The notes below the pieces were generated by a model. That model was not told where the DNA came from and made no database searches. It was given only the letters and a program-made list of their open reading frames with translations. A stretch of 21,207 nucleotides of DNA from a virus (lineage: Duplodnaviria > Heunggongvirae > Uroviricota > Caudoviricetes), in IMG/VR virus record IMGVR_UViG_3300047323_000428, positions 1 through 21,207 of that record; one strand, written 5' to 3'. Below, one piece after another: positions 1 through 6,800 of this stretch; the stretch's first letter is position 1, and each line of letters opens with the position of its first letter. The translations under genes and the position numbers were made by a program.

Positions 1-3000
1 GCCCGTCGTCGATGCCGTGCCGGTCGGCTTGGCTGGAGCCACAAGCTGCACCGATTGGATGAACCCGACCGTGTAAAGGCCGTTGGACGCCGACACCACG
101 CCGTTCGCACGGCTGATCGAGATGGGGTTGCTTATCCAGTTGCCCGCGTCGTCGTAGCGCGAAACGTAGAAGTTCGAGCCTGCATTGCTGCCGCTCTGCG
201 CCACATTGTCGACGGCAACGTCCCAGCTTGGCGCCCCAGCGGTCAGGAACTTCACACCGCGGAATTGTCCAGCGTTCGTGTTGAGGAAGAGGTTCGCAGC
301 GGCGGCGCCCGTGCTGATCGTCGGGCTTGCCGAGAACGTCATCGCGCCGCCGATGGTCGCCGCACCTACCGTGTCGAGCAACATGCGCCAGTCATACCAC
401 GTGCCGTTGTAGCAGGCGCGCGAGTAGACGGCGCCCGTGTTGTAGACGGTGTAGGTCTGATACGTCATGTTGCCCGACGTGTAGACCTCCAGCTTGCCCG
501 CGTAGACGGCCGGGTAGTTCGTGCCGCCCGAGGCGTTCGAGTTTGTCGACTGGTGATAGATGCCGGGCGTGGTGATCGTGTTCAGGTCGACACCGGCGCC
601 AAGCGCCGCACGCAAAGCGAGCGCATTGTTCGACACAAAGGCGGTCGTCGCGGCGTTCGTGCTGTTGTCGTAGAGCGCAGCGGTCGGGATCGTGAGCGCG
701 CCCGTGAACTTGCCCGTGCCAGCCACCTGCAGCAACGAGGAGCCGTCGTCGGTCGTGGTGCCGATGAGCGTGCGGCCGTTCAGGTAGTTGCTCGCAGAGC
801 CGTCAAGGTAGAGGTTCCACTTACCGGTCCCGCTCGTTACCTTGCCGCGATAGCCCGCAATGAAGGCGATGCCGGAGGCGTCCTGCACATCGAAGGCGTT
901 GTAGTTGCTGACCGTCGCCCCCGTGCCGATGGAAGGCGCGACTGCAATGAACCCATAGAGGTTCGCCATCGTGTAAGTGGCAGCCTTCAGCTTCGGTGAC
1001 GAGTAGAAGCCGTATCCGTTCGACGTGGCGCTTTCGTTGAATTCACCGCTGAAATTGACGCCGTATTGGGAAGTGCCGGTGCCCACCACCGTGCCGTTCG
1101 CCGCAATGACTGTGTTGGCCGAGAGCGAGTTCGTGCCGCCGACTGCCATATAGCCGTCTGCGTGCAGAGCAACGCCTGCGGCTGCATACACCCCAAGCCC
1201 GTCGCCCGCGTCGTTGGCGAACCGGATGGAGCCGTTGTCGACCAGCAGGCGCGTGTTCTTCGCGCTCGCACTCTGGTCGATGAACTGGATTGTCGGCTGA
1301 TACGACTCGACGCTCAATCCGCCGCCCGTGCCCGAGAGCGTGTCCACCACGCGCATCGTTGGTGCATTGATCGCTGCCCACGTCGCGCCGTTCGGATTGA
1401 CCTGGAATGCGGACACCTTGTCATCGACGCTCGTGCCGACCACGACCTTGCCCGAGCCATTCACATAAATCTTGCCCTTGGTCGTGCCCGTCGCATCCCG
1501 GCCGAACAGTCCGAGCGTGCCAGTGCCGTCCGGGTTCGCGTAGCCGTAGACGTCAGCGGCCACTTGGCCCGCGCCAAGATCGCTCGTGGTCGAGGCCCAC
1601 TTGAACTGCAACATGCCCATCGTGGTTTGCGATGCAGGCGGGGTTGCAACGGTCAATTGGCCGTTGGTGATGACTTGATACGGCGTGTAGCCCGCGCTGT
1701 TGCGCGCGATCACCACGCGATAGTTCGTGCCGAGCGTCTTGCCGCTCGTGCTCGCCGGGTCGCCTACCCACAGGTCGCCAGTCATCGTGTCGCCGCTCTT
1801 CGACACCGGGCTGCCGATCGAGGTGGCGAGCGCCTGCGCCTGTGCAGCGGAAGCCGCGGCGTTCGTCTCGCTGGTCTTGCTATTGGTTTCCGAGGTCTTG
1901 GCGTTCGACTCGGAGGTCGCGGCCGCCGTCTTGCTCGCAGCGGCAGCATCCTGCGAAGCCTTGGCGTTCGTTTCCGAGGTCTTCGAATTCGTCTCGGAAG
2001 TCTTCGCGTTTTGCTCGCTGGTCGAGGCATTCGCGGCGCTGGTTGCGGCCGCTGCGGCGGAGCCCGCCGCTGCCGATGCGCTTGCCGTCGCGTTCGCGGC
2101 CTGGGTCTGAGCGTCCGCATCTTCGTCGCGCCAGCCCGAGGCGGTGTAGACGCGCATCAACCCCTTGGTGATGTTCCAGTATTCCGCACCGACTTGCAGC
2201 GCCGCGCCGTTGTTGTCGACCGTCGGGTCGGCAGTCTTCTTGCCGAGATACAGCGCGTTCATGGTCGTGAGAATTCCCTGCACCGTCGCGCGGTCGGCAG
2301 CCGCCGCGCCCGCGGAGGCTGCGGCATTCGTCTCGGAAGTCTTGGCGTTCGTCTCGCTGGTCTTGCTATTCGTTTCAGACGTCTTCGCGGCATTTTGCGA
2401 AGCAAGCGCGGCAGCCGCGCTCGTTCCAGCATTCGTCTCGCTGGTCTTCGCAGCATTTTGCGAAGCAAGGGCAGCCGCCGCCGACGAGGCGCTATTCGTC
2501 TCGCTCGTCTTGCTATTGGTTTCGCTGGTCTTCGCGGCATTTTGCGAGGCGAGCGCTGCTGCGGCGCTGGCCGCGCTATTCGTCTCGCTGGTCTTGCTGT
2601 TCGTCTCGCTGGTTTTGGCGTTCGTCTCGGACGTTTTGGCGTTGGTCGCGCTGGTCGACGCGTTGCCCTTATAGGTGTTCGCGTTCGTTTCCGAGGTCTT
2701 GGCGTTCGTTTCGGAGGTCTTCGAGTTCGTCTCGGACGTTTTCGCCGCCGTCTGCGAGGCCAAGGCGGCTGCTTGCGAGACTTGAGCGGCCGCGAGGTCG
2801 GCACGAATCTCGGCCACGGCATCGACCAGGCCTGACGGGCTCACTTGGCTCATCAAGTCCTGGATCTTATACATCGTGTTCGTCCAGATGGCGGCCGTGC
2901 CGACGTCGCCCTGGCTGATGAGCGGCAGCATGTCCGGCACCGTGAAGTCGGTCGCAAACACGCCGGTCGCGTTCGCGTTGGTCGTGCCCTGGTAGGCGCC

Positions 3001-3183
3001 CGCAAGCAGAACGACGGTGTTGTTGCCGTCGAACGTCGCGTCAGCGGCAACCACATAGGGCACCAGGTCCGGCGTGACCATGAAGATGGCGTTCTTCTTG
3101 ATCCGGTAGGCAACGTTGTTGCCAATAACCGTCACCGTCTGACTGCCGTTCGTTACCGTGCAGACCTGCTTGAGTTGTGCCAT
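1..3183 (-). CDS. Lateral (side) tail fibre protein, Stf-like, 3'-truncated (>1061 aa)
   Basis: Hand translation from ATG at 3183 (MAQLKQVCTVTNGSQTVTVIG...) stays open to base 1. Contains an N-terminal anchor-type domain, KTSETN Ala-rich heptads as in lambda Stf, two GxxxxGTxxDDxxSxxQV modules and a pyocin-knob-like domain. Absent from the ORF track because no stop lies in the window. Confidence 0.93.
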   Translation of the reverse strand, partial: MAQLKQVCTVTNGSQTVTVIGNNVAYRIKKNAIFMVTPDLVPYVVAADATFDGNNTVVLLAGAYQGTTNANATGVFATDFTVPDMLPLISQGDVGTAAIWTNTMYKIQDLMSQVSPSGLVDAVAEIRADLAAAQVSQAAALASQTAAKTSETNSKTSETNAKTSETNANTYKGNASTSATNAKTSETNAKTSETNSKTSETNSAASAAAALASQNAAKTSETNSKTSETNSASSAAAALASQNAAKTSETNAGTSAAAALASQNAAKTSETNSKTSETNAKTSETNAAASAGAAAADRATVQGILTTMNALYLGKKTADPTVDNNGAALQVGAEYWNITKGLMRVYTASGWRDEDADAQTQAANATASASAAAGSAAAAATSAANASTSEQNAKTSETNSKTSETNAKASQDAAAASKTAAATSESNAKTSETNSKTSETNAAASAAQAQALATSIGSPVSKSGDTMTGDLWVGDPASTSGKTLGTNYRVVIARNSAGYTPYQVITNGQLTVATPPASQTTMGMLQFKWASTTSDLGAGQVAADVYGYANPDGTGTLGLFGRDATGTTKGKIYVNGSGKVVVGTSVDDKVSAFQVNPNGATWAAINAPTMRVVDTLSGTGGGLSVESYQPTIQFIDQSASAKNTRLLVDNGSIRFANDAGDGLGVYAAAGVALHADGYMAVGGTNSLSANTVIAANGTVVGTGTSQYGVNFSGEFNESATSNGYGFYSSPKLKAATYTMANLYGFIAVAPSIGTGATVSNYNAFDVQDASGIAFIAGYRGKVTSGTGKWNLYLDGSASNYLNGRTLIGTTTDDGSSLLQVAGTGKFTGALTIPTAALYDNSTNAATTAFVSNNALALRAALGAGVDLNTITTPGIYHQSTNSNASGGTNYPAVYAGKLEVYTSGNMTYQTYTVYNTGAVYSRACYNGTWYDWRMLLDTVGAATIGGAMTFSASPTISTGAAAANLFLNTNAGQFRGVKFLTAGAPSWDVAVDNVAQSGSNAGSNFYVSRYDDAGNWISNPISISRANGVVSASNGLYTVGFIQSVQLVAPAKPTGTASTTG
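382..594 (-). other. Pyocin-knob-like domain within the tail fibre
   Basis: GVDLNTITTPGIYHQ...NYPAVYAGKLEVY...YQTYTVY...YSRACYNGTWYDWR matches the recognisable DLN..TPGIY/NYP/G.LEV/QTY/R...NG.W..W pattern of this fibre knob family. Confidence 0.75.
1861..2004 (-). repeat. Second block of coding heptad repeats (4 x KTSETN) in the tail fibre
   Basis: Direct translation: AKTSETNSKTSETNAKASQDAAAASKTAAATSESNAKTSETNSKTSETN. Confidence 0.9.
2326..2742 (-). repeat. First block of coding heptad repeats (12 x KTSETN, interleaved with ALASQNA) in the tail fibre
   Basis: Direct translation, 21-bp period, synonymous codons differ between copies. Confidence 0.92.
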
Positions 3184-3200
3184 GTGTTGCGCTCGAATGT

Positions 3201-3222
3201 TAATCGTCCAGTTGGACGATTA
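3201..3222. repeat. 22-bp inverted repeat TAATCGTCCA-GT-TGGACGATTA
   Basis: Perfect 10-bp arms, directly adjoining the AGTCA palindrome and 18 bp upstream of the tail fibre ATG. Confidence 0.85.
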
Positions 3223-3227
3223 TAACA
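3219..3227 (-). promoter_or_regulatory. Candidate sigma70 extended -10 promoter (TGTTATAAT) for the tail fibre gene
   Basis: Perfect TGnTATAAT on the minus strand in an AT-rich intergenic gap of a GC-rich genome, about 35 bp upstream of the ATG at 3183. Confidence 0.6.
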
Positions 3228-3245
3228 GTCAATTTTGACTGTTAT
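3222..3245. promoter_or_regulatory. AGTCA-N4-TGACT palindrome, copy 1 (ATAACAGTCA-ATTT-TGACTGTTAT)
   Basis: 10-bp perfect arms, intergenic, upstream of the tail fibre gene. Confidence 0.8.
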
Positions 3246-3249
3246 CCAG

Positions 3250-3441
3250 TCATTCGCGCTTCGGGTGGGTCGTCTTCACGGCCTGACAGGCGTGAACCCA
3301 TGCCTCGGTTTCGGCTGGCAGCGCAATGCCCTGCTCCATCAGAGCGGCGAAGCCCTTCATGATCGCGTCGAGCGCATCACCCACCGCCGGGTAATCGGCG
3401 GCGCGGCGAGGTGCGACGTCTACCTTGTGGTGCAGTTTCAT
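3250..3441 (-). CDS. Small tail-associated protein, 63 aa (possible fibre or tip assembly factor)
   Basis: MKLHHKVDVAPRRAADYPAVGDALDAIMKG...WVHACQAVKTTHPK. ATGA overlap with the upstream stop supports a start at 3441 rather than 3480. The R..YP..GD.LDA..K / VK..PK pattern is typical of small genes beside phage fibres. Confidence 0.75.
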   Translation of the reverse strand: MKLHHKVDVAPRRAADYPAVGDALDAIMKGFAALMEQGIALPAETEAWVHACQAVKTTHPKRE

Positions 3442-3833
3442 GCTTGCGTCACCTCGAACGTCGCTTCGACCATCGGCCACGCCCCAACGATGACCGTGTA
3501 GGTGCCCGGATGGCTGGCCGAAAGCTCGCAGGTGCTATCCGTGCATTCGTGCTCGACGCCTTCAAAGAGGATCGCGCACGGCACCGGCAGGTTCTTGAGC
3601 GTCATGCCGTCAAGCACCGTGGGGTTGGCCGGGCGCGGCACCACGGCGCCGCCCACCACATACTCGGTCGCGGGGTTGCCCTGCGCCCCATCGACGCGGC
3701 AGCCGCCCTCCGGGATATTCTGGACGTCGAGCATGTGGCCCGGCACGCTGCCCGTGTAGACGATGCGCCCCGTTGCGTCCGCCATCGTGAAGATGGCGTT
3801 GCCGGTGGTGTTGAAAAGTGGCGTGTCAAACAT
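3438..3833 (-). CDS. Hypothetical tail-associated protein, 131 aa
   Basis: MFDTPLFNTTG... start preceded by TAAGGA, which overlaps the tail tip stop codon. Beta-rich. Positioned directly after the gpJ-like gene. Confidence 0.75.
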   Translation of the reverse strand: MFDTPLFNTTGNAIFTMADATGRIVYTGSVPGHMLDVQNIPEGGCRVDGAQGNPATEYVVGGAVVPRPANPTVLDGMTLKNLPVPCAILFEGVEHECTDSTCELSASHPGTYTVIVGAWPMVEATFEVTQA

Positions 3834-3843
3834 GGTTTGATCC

Positions 3844-6800
3844 TTATCGCTTGAATTCGATGATGGCGCACGATGCTGCTGCGCCGCTGAAGTAGCCCGT
3901 GCTGCCCCCACTCACCTGAACGGTGTAGGTGCCCGCCGGCAGGTTCGTCACCACGCCCATGCCGCAGGCAGCCTGGTTGTAGGCGTTCGAGAACCGCGCA
4001 ATCTGCTGGCCGTTGATGCTCATCGAGAACGCCGAGCCGGTTCCCGCGATCAGCCCGACGAGCGTGCCGCCGGAGGACGTGTAGGTCACGCTGCCGCTGC
4101 CGATGTTCCAGGCCGCGCAGGTCGACACCGCGTTCGCGCCGATGTGTGCCGTATCGACCTGCAGATTGCCGATGTGGGCGGTGTTGATCTGGCCGTTGGC
4201 GATCTTCGCTGCCGTTACCTGCAAGTCGCCGATCATCGCGTTGTTGATCGAGGCGTCGCCGATGATCGCGTTGTTGATGATGACGCGCGGCTGGCCGTAG
4301 ACCGTGCCGATGGTGAACGGATAGACGCCCGGATAGCCCGGCAGGATCACCGCGAACGTGTCGGATCGCACGAGGAACTGCGAGACGACACCCTGCGTGG
4401 TCGGATAGCTCGACAGGCCAAAGCCCGCGACGTAGCCGTTGTTGTCGATCTTGACCGAATACTGCGCATTCAGGCCGTTGATGGACGACTGCTGCGTCTG
4501 GATGCTCGTCGTATGGCTGCCGACAGTCGACTGCAGGGTCGAGATTTGGCTCGCGTTCGCCTGGTCGGCCGCAACCCGCGCGTTCGTCTCGGTCTGCACG
4601 TTCGCATTGGTCGTCCCAAGCGACGCGTTGACGCTGTCGATGCGGGTCGAAAGCGCACTGTCAGCCGATGCACGCGCGGTCGTCTCGGTGCTGATCGCGG
4701 CCATTGCAGGCTGCACGATCGAGGCCGGGCGCCATTCGACGTCCGTGAAATACCAGCGGTTGGCGTCGCTCGTGCCGGTGATGTTGATGTTCACCCAGAG
4801 CTGGCACTTCGAGACGCCCGCCGGCACCGTGACCGTGCCCGCAATGCGCGTCCACTTGGTCGTCGCCGACTGCGTAGCGGCTGCCACCCAGCTCGAACTG
4901 CCAGAAGACGTCGTAAACATCGCGCCGATCGTGAAGGTCGCCGCTGCGACAGGCGAAGCCACGTAGCACTCGAAGTAGTGCTGCTGGCCGGGCGAGACGT
5001 CCACCGTGCGCAGGCTGACCGAATCGCGCACGTTCTGCTTGAACACGTTAAGCGACGGGGCGCCGGTCGGCACGTCCGAGTTCGTCTTGCTCACCACCGT
5101 GAGGCCCGCGCTCGTCCAGCCGGTGGTCGTGCCGTCGTTGGCCGTCGGATTCACGCACAGGTTGGTCGTGTCAACACCGAAGCCTGCGGCGACCGTGTTG
5201 ATCTGCGTGGCAAGCGCGCTGTCAGCGGCCGTGCGAGCGTTGGCTTCTGAGGTGATCGCAGCCGTGTTGCTGCCCGTATTGGCTGCGATCGTGTCGATGC
5301 GCGTCGACAGCGCGGCGTCAGCCGTCGTGCGCGCGCTCGTCTCGGTTTGAATGAGCGCGGCGTTGGTCGAGTTGGCCGACACCACCGTGTCGATGCGCTT
5401 GGCAAGGCTGTCGGTTGCCGACTGGCGCAACTGCGTCTCGCTGCTCACCGCCGCCGTGATGGAGTCGGTGAGTTGCGACTTGGCCGTGTTAATGCGCTCA
5501 TTGACCGAACCCAGCACCGACTGCGGCGCTGTGATAAGGCCGATGGTCGTTTGCAGGTCCGCGTTGAGTTGGCTGTCCTTGAGCACGCCCTCGGCGATCG
5601 CGTTCACGTCCATGTAGGTCGTGCGAACGTGAAACTCCTGCGACGGCACCGTCTCATCGAGCCCGAAAGCGTCATACGGGACGATGTGGAAGTAATAGTC
5701 CGAGTTGAACATCAGGCCCGTGAGGAGCGCCGATGTGTCCGGGCCGTCATAGGCGGGCACCGTGCTCACTTCCAGATCACCACTCCAGCGCAGGTAAATC
5801 TGCGCGCCGGCGTAGTCGGTGTCGTCCGTGTGGGCGAAGTTGACCTGGATGCGATCGAAGGAGGAGGACGTCGTGACGGCCGTAACCTGCGGGGGCGGGT
5901 TGTAGGCGTCCAGCACCGTCGGCTTGCCGATGTGGTTGAAAATGTCGCGCACGGCAATTTCAAACACGATGTGGCGGTGCTGGCCGTCGCCGACGTTTTT
6001 CTCGTAGGTGTAGATATACGAGTTGTCGGTGGTGTGCTCCGTGCGCAGGAGCTTTTGCGTCTTCGTGCCGTAGCCCGCCGCGTCATAGATGCGCACCTCG
6101 TAGTCGAGGAAGTGCGGATCGCGCGTGCCGGAGTCGGCACCGTTGGCCTCGCTGCCGAACTCGAAGGAGCTCGTGACCGAGTTGTAGTTCCAGTAGAGCT
6201 TGCAGTCGCGGCCAGCCCACACGAAGTCCACGCCCGTGACTTGCGCGACTTCGATGTTGCCGACATAGCCCACCACCAGGTGGGAGGCCACCGGTGCGTT
6301 GTCGAAGGACGCGCGCTTGCCCCAGATATCGAAGGCCACGACCTTGACCGTCAGCACGTCGCCCTTGTTCGCGCCGGGGATCACGTAGCTGGTGGCCGCC
6401 GGCACCGACTTCACGAGGTTGAAGCCACCGCTATTGACGGCCACATAGACGTCCGCGCCCGCGTAGGAGCCCACCTGCGGGGTGTTCCATGCCGCGCGCA
6501 CGTCCGAGAGGATCTGCGTGCCCGAGACGTAGGTTTCCTCGTAGACCGAGAGCGCCTGCACTTCCGAGATGGCCGCGGCTTCGGCGGGCAGCGCCGGCGC
6601 GATGAGTGTGCTCGTCACCTCGGCGTAGCTCGACAGATCGTAGACCGCCGCGTCGTATTGGATCGCCGTGATGTGCCGGTTCAGGCTCGAGCTCGCCAGC
6701 GTGATCGCCTTGATGCGAAACGGCTTCTTGACCTTGGCCGCTTCACCGAACATATAGTTGGTGAATTGCTCGGGCGCGTAGGACAGGGGCGTCGCAAGCG

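Noticed and set aside
1861-2742. 21-bp periodic repeats considered as a CRISPR array or DGR repeat pair
   Set aside because: They are in-frame coding repeats with synonymous variation, with no constant repeat plus unique spacer structure, no adenine-specific mismatch pattern, and no cas or reverse transcriptase gene in the window.
55-2835. Plus-strand ORFs of 314 and 589 aa and nested Val/Ser/Ala-rich ORFs
   Set aside because: They lie opposite the tail fibre frame, and their periodicity just mirrors the KTSETN repeats.
3130-3144. CGTCA-N5-TGACT and other partial matches to the motif (e.g. 4525-4534, 9754-9758)
   Set aside because: Wrong spacing or arm sequence, and they lie in ordinary coding context.
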